Below are positions 51,224-62,164 of a stretch of DNA of 64,000 nucleotides, piece by piece (the first letter of the stretch is position 1; the number at the start of each line of letters is the position of its first letter). This DNA is from Marsupella aquatica (lineage: Eukaryota; Plantae; Marchantiophyta). The notes beneath the pieces are model-generated. The model was given only the letters and a program-made list of their open reading frames with translations, did not search any database and was not told the DNA's origin. The stretch lies in contig OZ316893.1 of NCBI GenBank assembly GCA_973895155.1, positions 5,718,171-5,782,170 of the forward strand, in the 5' to 3' direction. The position numbers and the translations under genes were made by a program.

Positions 51224-54200
51224 ATGTCTCAATGCAGTTTTTTTTTGCCCACCAATACACCTGCGGCTGGAAAGAGACAAAGGGTTGTCGCTCCACAGTC
51301 GTTGTTGCTGCAAAGGATTGGGAGGCAGGGTCCTTTCAATGCCAATGATCTCAATTGGGACTCAAAGGACCGAGCTTATATTCCATCCGATAGGTTACAA
51401 GACTTTGTGAAGGGTGAGGGTAGTCGATGCCCACGTGCAATGACATGCTTTATCACCCGTGACTCCAAGCAAAAACGAGATGTCGGAGGACCACACAGGT
51501 GGGTCCGTAAAATTCAGTATTACTGTGAGTTTGGGACTCCTGACCGCAGGAAGGTGCCATTGCGTAATAGCGAAAGTATTGCCGATCCCAAAGACAAGCC
51601 CAAGACAGGGAAAGGAAGCAAGCTGTCTGCTGACCACGACCATTACCACAAAGGGTGCCAATGCAGATTTCAGGCATATGAGTTGGAGACTATCCACGAC
51701 GAAAGCGTCATTGAACTCAGATACAAATCCAAAGACCACGTAGACAAGGAAGGTTTGCCTTGCCATGGTAGCGATGATCCACGATGCAGAGGTCTTCCGT
51801 CGGAATTTTCCCATAGCCTTTCGTCCGAAGCCAGGTAAATGCCTCCTACCGTCCTTCCATTCGAACTACCATGGGGTCCATCAAACTCACGCGGATATCA
51901 CAGAAAATAGTTGTAAATATCATCATATGCATAGGCGATAGTGGTGGCCCTTTCCGCTGCAGGTTCCCATCTATCGGGTTTGCACCAACATACTCCAATA
52001 AGCACGCTTTAGTACTACAATATCAGGGTATGTAGATGGCTCTACTCCTAACGCGTTCATATCTCCTGATACTTGTTATTTGTGCTGTTAGGGGATGGAT
52101 TGAATGCGAATTGCGCAGAGGATCCACTCCGACGCAGATTCTGCACCGTGTTGCGAAGGCCCTTTTCCATGCTTCGAATGCAACGCTGGAAAATCAACAC
52201 TCAGATTGCAGGGACCATTACATCACTATGGATGACATTGGAAACGTGAAGAAGGGACTAGACAGGGAGACTTTTCGCAGGCACCCCAACGATGCTACAA
52301 GTACACATTTATGGATTCAAGCCACCCCGGAGAGTATTCTCTTATACGATCAGCCAAAACCCTCTCCAATGGAGCCCCTTCGAATAGTATTACAGAGAAG
52401 TTTCCAGTTGGACTGGCTGGTGAAGTACGGGAACAGTCGATGTCTGGGAATTGATGGGACATTCGGAACTCACAAGTACAAGGTTCATATCCTCAATTTC
52501 ACCCCTATCGTTATGTTTTTTCGGCCTTTCATGGTGAATTTTTTTGCTGGAATGTCACGAATGTAATCTTTGCTTCAGACGCGGGGCGCCAATCACAGCA
52601 CCGCAATCACAGCTTCGATGCTCCGCGATCCTCCCGTTCTAATGTCCTTTCACCGTTTTCTTGTAAGCAGTATCCGCTGTACACCATTATGGTGTTTGAC
52701 AAATACGAGAATGGGCTTCCCATTGCGTATGCCATCCTTGAAAAGGAGGAAATAGAGGATATTGTGAAGTTTCTACATGTTGTGAAGACAACAGCTGAAC
52801 TTGCCTGCCCTGGTTGGAAACCCTCCTGCTTCATGGTTGACTGTGCTGATAACGAAAGAGCAGCTATCAAAACTGTTTTTCCCGACATTCCCATATTCTT
52901 GTGTATATACCATGTCCGCAAGGCATGGACGACCAAATTGCTTGAGCTCGTCCAGTCTCATGACCGACGTGCACAAATGAATGTTGCGTTGGAGGATATC
53001 ATATTTGGCAGCACATTGCATGTCGACCCAACCCTACATGAACTGGAATGTGTGGAACGGTCAGCTCAGAGAAAGCTGACTACCTTCTTCCAGACATTCT
53101 GGACAAAGAAAAAATTCCTCCAATACTTTCAAGGGGAGTGGATGGGGTGCCTACGTAAGTACCATTCCACCATTCCTCTCTCTCGCACTATGCAAAGATG
53201 CAGATTGTTTTTATAGTGACTGTAACATAATAGTTTTCCCAGTTGTGTCCTTTCCCCGGCGATTGCTGACGTTCGTTTCATTATTTACTTTGTGGGATTG
53301 GCGCAGACATGTGGATACGAGACGAGAGGAGAGCAGTGGCGAGGAATAATCAGGATACAAACAACTCGCTTGAGTCATACCATGCCATCCTCAAGTCCAT
53401 TATTTTCCCAAGGAAATGGAATCTTGACAAAAAAAGGGTCGATGAGTTGTGTGACACCCTCCACAATGACGTAGGCATACATTTTTGGTACAAGGCTAAA
53501 AAGAAGGCCAGGGGTCTGGTTAGCAACAAAAAGAAGGATATGTATGTAATGAACGTGATCATGAAGGTGAGGAATATGGATGTCAAGTCAGTGGAATGGC
53601 CTCCTGCTCCGTTGTCTGCGACAACGGCATTGGTAAAGTCCGTATCGAGGAATGTGGTATACCGTGTCCATTGGAGGAATGACGTCAATTCCTGCCAGTG
53701 CTATTGGTCTTTGCAAGGCAACTATTGCAAGCACCAGGTAATTCACATGAATTTGGATAGCAATGTTAATGTGTTTACGGTTTAAATACCCCTAACCTGT
53801 TCATGTGTTGAAGGACTACGTACCTCTAATGTTGTCATGCGTTTGCTGTAGGTCCTCGTGCTGCGTGTGCTTGGGTACTCAAAGATGAACATCCGAGTAG
53901 CTTTGGGATTGAGATATGGCGGTATCCGTGGTGGCATGTCTGAGTTATTGCGATTGGGCATTACCATTGATCTCAATGAACCCGCCTCTGAAAATTTGCC
54001 TCTCAATGTGCATGACCCTCTGTCATTTGACAATTCTGACGTTGGTGACGCCTTCCCACCCCGCCCCACGGAGGTTGTGCCCTTGCCTGTACCACGTGGT
54101 AGGTTGTGCTAGACCCAACAACTATTACTAATGTTCATTGTTTTATTGAAGTATAAAATTAAGTTCCTCTCACATGTACTCAGTTCCACATAAAGTCTAA

Positions 54201-54742
54201 TTGGCTCATCATGCAATGAAGATTCCAACATGTTACCGTCGACAGATTGTGACAAAGTAAACGGCGAGTACGAGATGCAATTGAAGGAAATTCAGGGTTA
54301 CGTCCTCATGAACCCGGCATTGAAGGCTCTTGTTGCCCACGAGTTGAGAGCAATCAATGGTAGACTGAAAGATACCCGCCTCATCCTTACAGATCCTGAC
54401 TCTGTTCTTCCACCCGGACACATTTGGAGGAGACTGGCCCCTCGGTGCTCTCACACCCCTCTGCGAATGAAAAGCTGGGTTGAGAAGATGTGTGGCAATA
54501 TGCGGAAAGCGCCGAGGACCTAGTCCACTCGTCTAGGTGAGCGATACATGCCCTATAGAAGAGTGTCAGACCAGCAGAATCCTGGTTATGAACCGTCCAA
54601 TTTCCGTTTTCGGCCAAGGAAGGGCAAGCAGAAGTGCAAGGACAAATATAGTCTTAGGAAACATTTCCTTCAGGCTAGTGCCAACAGGGATAAGCGACGG
54701 AACAAACACTTTGCTTCGGAATTCCCAGCTGTGAATGAATAG
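51224..54742 (+). mobile_element. Spliced MULE-family DDE transposase with SWIM zinc finger (AT4G13970/AT1G60560-related type); one in-frame TAG near the C-terminus
   Basis: In-phase GT-AG exons: ..51834, 52092-52482, 52671-53154, 53307-53737, 53852-54098, 54222-54742. Motifs: KGCQCRF...KDHVDKEGLPCHG, IDGTFGTHKYK|YPLYTIMVFD (D1), FMVDCAD..AAIKTVFP..IFLCIYHVRKAW (D2, CxxH), TNNSLESYHAILK (E) and SWIM CQCYWSLQGNYCKHQ. TAG at 54521-54523 is followed by an open frame to 54742. The 5' end is uncertain. Confidence 0.88.
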
Positions 54743-57700
54743 TGTTTAGCTGCAGTGTCACCCACAATTTTGTCAATTCCAATTGTAATTTTCTCCGTGC
54801 ATACTTTCTGAAATTGTTAAGGGGCCCATTTTGGTTTCCATCACAGTTTCACATATGTATATGTATAATCTTACTTGGGTGTTTTTATGAATATGAACAC
54901 GGATGGTCTATGAAGGAAAAATAGCGCAAAATATTGTCGTGTTGCCCGTGGCAGCCGAGGTGCCATCCTCATCTCTCGGTTTTGCACGGACTAACTCCCG
55001 GGTTTAGGGTGTCCTCCTCGTCTCTTGGTTGGGCCATCTCCATACCATAATAGTGATATAAAGATACAGGTATCACTGAGCTTGGGGAACGCTGCGAAGA
55101 GGCATCCATTCAACTTTAACTTGGATCAAAATAATGACGTGCTCATGTCGAGGTTGGGGGCTGCCCCAGACCATGATAATAAATACATAATGGCATGGTT
55201 ATCACTGACTGTGGCGACGGCTCTATCATGGGCGACAGAGCCGCCGCCCATGACGACAAAAGGCAATAACAGCGGAGATTAGGCAGTTAGGTGAAGGGGG
55301 CTGTCATTCATTTAATGACAGGTCACGAAACCTGGACGAGACTTTTCGAGGGCTACGATGGACGTATTGCACGGACCAAATCTCGGTCCACACCAAGCCG
55401 TCCTCATATTTTGGTCTGCCTGCTGTCATACCAGGATACCGGATCTAGTAAGGCCATAAATCTTTGATGCGAGGTCGGGTGCTTTACGACGCCCGTGGGC
55501 AATGTTCGGCGCCTCGACAGAAATGGTAATTAACACCGCCCTTTACACGGTGCTCAGGACAAAGGGGGTCTATCAGTTATCTGTTATGTAGGGGTTTTAT
55601 GGCCAGGGTTTAGGGTCTGCAAGGGGCTTCGCCCAACGCTTTTGGAACGTTGTCGCGAGAACCATTAACCCTAACCCCTCAAAAACCTCCAACCATACTG
55701 CGGTCGAAGGGCGTGCTTCCACAAGTTGCCATTTCCTGTGCCCACTCGCGTTCCGATGACCAATTTCAGCCAGCAGGGTAACTTTCTTAGTGTAGGTTTT
55801 CATTGGCAGTCATGGCGACTCCAATTGCAAGTGGAGTTAGAACCGATTGCATGGAAGCAGAAGATGGGATGCATTACACCAGGGTTCGCAATTGCAAACA
55901 GCCAACTAAACGAGATTGGAAGTGCATCATTCCAGGTTGTCCGATAGGGAAGGCTTACACCATAGTGAAGGGCATTAATGATCATTGGTTGAAGTGCCAC
56001 CAATCTTGGAATACACCACAGTTGAGCGAAGAAGAAAATCGAAGGCGAAACCAGGAGAATGTGATTGCCGCAACCCGGAAGAAATTCGAAATCGTGAAAT
56101 GCACTGTTGGATTCTTCCCGTGGAGGTGGCAGCAAGCCCAAATGTCAATGCTAGAGGGAGAGAAGAAAAGAATTGTCCAAGAATATCTCACTCGTCATCT
56201 TAGATACCTGCAGCGGGGGGCACCTTCGGAAGTTCCTGACCTGCTCGTTTGTTTTGCTGCTCTCGATCTTCCTTATTTGGGCGATACCGTGCTCTTGAAG
56301 CACCCTCAGTACAGAGTGTGGCTCACCGCGCACTTGAAGCTTGTTCTTCAAGATCCACAGCACCGTCTCTTTCGAGACCATGTGAGGAAAAACTTTCTAG
56401 CCATGCAAACTATGCACAAGCATTCCGTATCGACGAGGGAGGGGACAAAGGCAGCTGCAGGAATGACAAAAATGCTGACATGCTTCAGCAGAGTTGTATC
56501 AGCTTTTACGCAATAGGGCGTGGATCCAGACCTCACCAAGTTGTTGAAGGAGGCGATGGATTACATGGAGGATGCTGAAAATTATTTCTGGTTCGATTCC
56601 TTCAATGCTGCGCCGTCCGCCGAGCTGCACGACGCATTGGTTTTGAAGTTTATGGACTGGAAATTCAGTGCTCTGGGCAGAAAGAAGAAACTTGTCGTTG
56701 CCCAAACAGGCAGAGCCATTCGGGCCAAACAACTCGCGTCTCTCGGCATCGTGGAGGACCCGGGGGTTGCGGATGAACAGGTAAGCCTCGATGCGTGCCC
56801 CATATTAAGCATGTACATATTATGGGTCTTTATTCAATCGCGTATGGCCTTCACACAAAATCCAACTTATGAACTCTGCAAACAATCCATCCTGTACGAT
56901 ATTTGAGGTATCTAATGTCATCACATGACAGCATATTACACATAATGGGGGTCACAGATATTGGGGGTCGACTGCAGATTTTGGATAGCCTCGGTAAATG
57001 ACAAGTACACTGGTCATGATCGAAGAGTGCTGTTTGGTTGAGCAGGGTAGGTTCTATGATTCAGAAATCGATCAGTCGGAGCTGGACTATGAGTTCAAAC
57101 CATCCGTTAAAGCAGTGGACATCCTTTAGGTGGTTCGGGCATTCGTGTTGGAAAACCCGCACTTGAGGCCGCCAGAACTCACTGAATGGGCTGAAGGCCT
57201 TCCAGAGACAGATGAATGTGGCGCGCAGGACAAAGTGCTCCACATCGAGCCACTGGGGAACCTTGGATCCCTCCAGTGGGAACACGGATTCCAGACATAT
57301 GTTAAGGAAAAGCTTCAAACGTTGGTTGACAAAGGTACGTTGAAGTATTGTGAAACCTGCATCGGTGAATTCGCTAGAGCAGAGAGATTGCATACCGGGG
57401 ACAAAGATGTATGCGCAGTTTTGTTCAAAAACCGGATACTCAAGCTTCACATCATGTTCTGATGTAGTTCAACTTACTACATCACTTGTATAATTAACCC
57501 AGCCGTGTGGCATCCCTTCTATTTCACAAACAAATATCTGTGGCATCTGGTTTGAACAGAAATTACAAAAATTTAGGGACGAGAAGAGGTAAAGGTGTAG
57601 GGACTGGCACCTTGTTAGGCCGGGTAGTCATAGTTCCACCTCTTGCCTGGTTCGGTTATGCATATGGATGGTACACGAGGATACCACCCAGGATCTTTTG

Positions 57701-58739
57701 TTTTTCCTTTCTCTGGCTATCTGTACAAGAGTTTTGCCCCAATAACCCAGACTTTGGAGTGATCGTGTATATTGAAGTAGATGACTCAGTGCATATCCGA
57801 GTGGACGCAACGGGAGTTGAAGTCAGGGCTAACAAGCTACCAATTTCTCGCCCAATAAGAGGTACTAAACATTCACACTATTTGCATTATGAAGCTCTAT
57901 CGGTCCTACCGTAGTTATATGATTTTGAACCAGGGTGCTAATTATTTGTATTCACATTAGGTGTGGCCGTGGGTGGAGGGAAGAAGAGGAAGGGCGACCA
58001 AGTGAGCATCGAACCAGCGGTTCAGGTGAGCATCACCAAAACGGAGTCAAGAAAGAGGAAGAACATATTGGGTACAACAGAAACGCCATCATTCATCATT
58101 GGCACAGACAAAGCATCCAGACGTGGGTCAGTGGCCGCCGAACCTGAAGTTGCGCAGCGGACTAGAAGGAACAGAAGCCTTCCTGTAGATAACAATGAAC
58201 TCACAACCCCCTGTGAGGGGACAACCTCCGTCCCTGTTGTTAAAAGAAGCAGCGTCCAAAACGAATTGGTAAAGACAGTCGCACGTTCGAAAGTTGTAAA
58301 AGGTCGGAGTTTGCGTACGAAGGAACCCGGGCACGTTACAGACCGAGGGTCCGAAGGCTTGCGCACTAGTGAAATCCGAAGCAGGGCGAGATCCTAAAAA
58401 AAAAGCAATCTGATGTTGACTCTGGCACACCTCGGAAGCGTCGTCGTGCAATGAAAAGTAACCCAATTATAGGGACTGAGGCATCTTCCCCCCATGAACT
58501 TGCTTCAGGTATGACATTCACGCATAAGGATAGTTTAGTTTCGTTCTATTCATGAATATTCCTAAATGGCCAAATCCTATTAATGATGTCGTCTAGGGTG
58601 TATATTCTTATCACGGTATGCGTTTGGGTGTGGTTCACAGAAACCTTGGCCGCTCTGAGTATGGCGGTAGTTCATCCCGGTCCAACCGATCCGAATGCGA
58701 CAATAGACAATCCGGGAACACCAACAGAGAACAGCCCCC

Positions 58740-61250
58740 CGTCGCCCTCAATGCAGCCCGGTACGTAGGCAACGAGCAATTCGGGCGTCGTTTTGCACGA
58801 TGGTCCATTGGTATGGTGAATGGACTAGATTAATTATCACGATATGATCCTGGATTCTGTGGGCAGAACCCCCGCACGGTCCGAGTGGCGATCCTGGTCC
58901 AGACCCGGACACCGGCCCCCCGTCGCCTTCAAGGCAGCCTGGTACGTAGGCAACGGAGAAATTCGGGCATCGTTTTGTCTTTGACCACTTCAATTGGCGC
59001 TGTGGTCCAGTGATATGCAGAATGGACTGGATTGATTATCACGGTATGATCCTGGATTCTGTGTGCAGAACCCCAGCGCGGTCCGAGTGGCGATCCTGGT
59101 CCAGACTCGGACACCGGCCCCCCGTCGCCTTCAACGCAGCCTGGTACATAGGCAACGGAGAAATTCGGGCATCGTTTTGTCTTTGACCAGTTCAATTGGC
59201 GCTGTGGTCCAGTGATATGCAGAATGGACTGGATTGATTATCATGGTATGATCCTGGATTCTGTGTGCAGAACCCCCGCGCGGTCTGAGTGGCGATCTTG
59301 GTCCAGACGCGGACAACAGCCCCCCGTCGCCTTCAACGCAGCCTGGTACGTAGGCAATGGAGAAATTCGGGCGTCGTTTTGTCTTTAACCAGTTCAATTG
59401 GCGTTGTGGTCCAGTGATATGCAGAATGGACTGGATTGATTATCACGGTATGATCCTGGATTCTGTGTGCAGAACCCCCGCACGGTCCGAGTGGCGATCT
59501 TGGTCCAAACGCGGACACCGGCCCCCCGTCGCCTTCAACGCAGCCTGGTACATAGGCAACGGAGAAATTCGGGCATCGTTTTGTCTTTGACCAGTTCAAT
59601 TGGCGCTGTGGTCCAGTGATATGCAGAATGGACTGGATTGATTATCACGGTATGATCCTGGATTCTGTGTGCAGAACCCCAGCGCGGTCCGAGTGGCGAT
59701 CTTGGTCCAGACGCGGACAACAGCCCCCCGTCGCCTTCAACACAGCCTGGTACGTAGGCAACAGAGAAATTCGGGCATCGTTTTGTCTTTGACCACTTCA
59801 ATTGGCGCTGTGGTCCAGTGATATGCAGAATGGACTGGATTGGTTATCACGGTATGATCCTGGATTCTGTGTGCAGAACCCCCGCGCGGTCCGAGTGGCG
59901 ATCCTGGTCCAGACACGGACATCGGCCCCCTGTCGCCTTCAAGGCAGCCTGGTACGTAGGCAACGGAGAAATTCAAGCGTCATTTTGTCTTTGACCAGTT
60001 CAATTGGCGCTGTGGTCCAGTGATATGCAGAATGGAATGGATTGATTATCACGGTATGATCCTGGATTCTATGTGCAGAACCCCCACGCGGTCCGAGTGG
60101 CGATCCTGGTCCAGATGCGGACACCGGCCCCCCGTCGCCTTCAACGCAACCTGGTACGTAGGCAACGGAGAAATTTGGGCGTCATTTTGTCTTTGACCAC
60201 TTCAATTGGCGCTATGGTCCAGTGATATGCAGAATGGACTGGATTGATTATCACGGTATGATCCTGGATTCTGTGTGCAGAACCCCCGTGCGGTCCGAGT
60301 GGCGATCCTGGTCCAGACGCGGACAACGGCCCCCCGTCGCCTTCAACGCAGCCTGGTACGTAGGCAACAGAGAAATTCGGGCATCGTTTTGTCTTTGACC
60401 ACTTCAATTGGCGCTGTGATCCAGTGATATGCAGAATGGACTGGATTGGTTATCACGGTATGATCCTGGATTCTGTGTGCAGAACCCCCGCGCGGTCCGA
60501 GTGGCGATCCTGGTCCAGACGCGGACACCGGCCCCCTGTCGCCTTCAAGGCAGCCTGGTACGTAGGCAACGGAGAAATTCAAGCGTCATTTTGTCTTTGA
60601 CCAGTTCAATTGGCGCTGTGGTCCAGTGATATGCAGAATGGAATGGATTGATTATCACGGTATGATCCTGGATTCTGTGTGCAGAACCCCCGCGCGGTCC
60701 AAGTGGCGATCCTGGTCCAGATGCGGACACCGGCCCCCCATCGCCTTCAACGCAACCTGGTACGTAGGCAAAGGAGAAATTTGGGCATCGTTTTGTCTTT
60801 GACCACTTCAATTGGCGCTGTGGTCCAGTGATATGCAGAATGGACTGGATTGGTTATCACGGTATGATCCTGGATTCTGTGTGCAGAACCCCCGCGCGGT
60901 CCAAGTGGCGATCCTGGTCCAGACGCGGACACCGGCCCCCTGTCGCCTTCAAGGCAGCCTGGTACGTAGGCAACGGAGAAATTCAAGCGTCGTTTTGTCT
61001 TTGACCAGTTCAATTGGCACTGTGGTCCAGTGATATGCAGAATGGAATGGATTGATTATCACGGTATGATCCTGGATTCTGTGTGCAGAACCCCCGCGCG
61101 GTCCGAGTGGCGATCCTGGTCCAGATGCGGACACCGGCCCCCCGTCGCCTTAAAGGCAGCTTGGTACGTAGGCAACGGAGAAATTTGGGCATCATTTTGT
61201 CTTTGACGAGTTCAATTTGCCCAGTGGTCCAGTGATATGGTGAATGGTCC
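58740..61250 (+). repeat. Tandem array of 12 x 202 bp; each unit is a 75-nt exon plus a 127-nt GT-AG intron
   Basis: Units start after an acceptor (typically TGTGTGCAG) at 58867, 59069, 59271 ... 61089, with an exact 202-bp period. Each 75-nt block ends TG|GTAC(G/A)T. The phase-1/phase-1 translation is like EPPRGPSGDPGPDADTGPPSPSTQP. Confidence 0.92.
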
Positions 61251-61288
61251 AGACGCAGACAACGGACCCCGGTTTAATGATATGAGGG

Positions 61289-62164
61289 ATGCTCTTCAAT
61301 AGGTATCATAGTATGGTGTTGGCTTTCTGTGGACACAACCTATGCCCATCCCGAGGCATCCCGAGTGTAACCATAGCCAATCCGGATGCAGGCGTACTAG
61401 TTGTGCTGGACCTTTCTAGCATGCTATGGGAAAGGCGACGCGACGGCACGCAAGAAGATGGTTTCATCATGTGTAGTCGGGGACAATGTAGACTGCGGCC
61501 AGGTTGTCTTCGATTTGTGTATTGGTTGCTGGAGCATTTTACGGTTGGGATTTGGTCGTGTGCTGCATCACACAATGTGATGCCGTTATTGGAGGGGGTT
61601 TTTGGTCATGTGACAGTAAACCTGTTCATTCTCTGCCAAGACAATGTTTACTCCTCGGGCTACTGCTATCCGGGGTCATCTCAGCGGATCATGCTGAAAC
61701 CCACGGCCCTCATCGCAGCAAAATGGCCCGAATTTGGATATCGCTACACTGTCATCGTTGACGACAGCCCGGTGAAATTTATGCGCAGTAGTCCGGGTAA
61801 TAATATATACCTCCCGGAGTGGCCAAGAAAAGGTGCTGCTACTCCCGATTACGGAGACCCATTTGCAGACAGGTTTCTCTTGGGTTGGGTGGCTTCAAGG
61901 TTCAGCAGTCTCAAGCGATGCCTGGATGATGGGGTGGTTCAATCCGTACTGGAGTTTCTAAGTGTTTTTAAAAACCACGCCGAGGATCAGTATGTCAACA
62001 CGCAAATGAAGGCGCATGGCAGGCTTGCCCGAGATGGAAACCTGGGTCTGAAAGCATGGCTTGGTCTGTATGGCCTAACGTTCTCATCTCATTGGTCTTG
62101 TTTTCCATTACATAAATTGCCGATAGCAAAGTCCTTACTCTGTGTTGTTTCCATGGGCAGATGA
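61289..62164 (+). CDS. FCP1/NIF (CTD small phosphatase-like, HAD fold) domain ORF with degenerate motif I
   Basis: LVVLDLSSML (DxDx(T/V) position), RLRPGCLRFVYWLLEHFTVGIWSCA, FILCQD, IMLKP and TVIVDDSPVKF...NNIYLPEW follow the FCP1-homology motif order and spacing. Confidence 0.78.
   Translation: MLFNRYHSMVLAFCGHNLCPSRGIPSVTIANPDAGVLVVLDLSSMLWERRRDGTQEDGFIMCSRGQCRLRPGCLRFVYWLLEHFTVGIWSCAASHNVMPLLEGVFGHVTVNLFILCQDNVYSSGYCYPGSSQRIMLKPTALIAAKWPEFGYRYTVIVDDSPVKFMRSSPGNNIYLPEWPRKGAATPDYGDPFADRFLLGWVASRFSSLKRCLDDGVVQSVLEFLSVFKNHAEDQYVNTQMKAHGRLARDGNLGLKAWLGLYGLTFSSHWSCFPLHKLPIAKSLLCVVSMGR

Larger units (their letters stand above)
55812..62164 (+). pseudogene. Large spliced second gene: C2H2-like finger, helical region, basic NLS-like region, exon-repeat linker, FCP1/NIF-like HAD domain
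   Basis: Predicted exons 55812-56780, 57046-about 57344, 57560-57861, 57961-58508, 58641-58760, 12 x 75 nt (58867-61163) and about 61377-62164. Motifs CIIPGC-x12-HWLKCH, KKRK and RKRRR. Lesions: TAG 56514, TAG 57127, a frameshift at the A9 run (58396-58404) and TAA in the last repeat exon. Confidence 0.6.

Noticed and set aside
58740-61250. CRISPR-like array, or a series of 61-88 aa antisense peptides (MKWSKTKRCPNFSVAYVPGC...)
   Set aside because: The units are contiguous near-identical 202-mers with no unique spacers and no cas genes, in a eukaryotic context. The antisense ORFs start mostly at TTG/ATT-type codons and are by-products of the repeat. The sense exon/intron reading explains the structure better.
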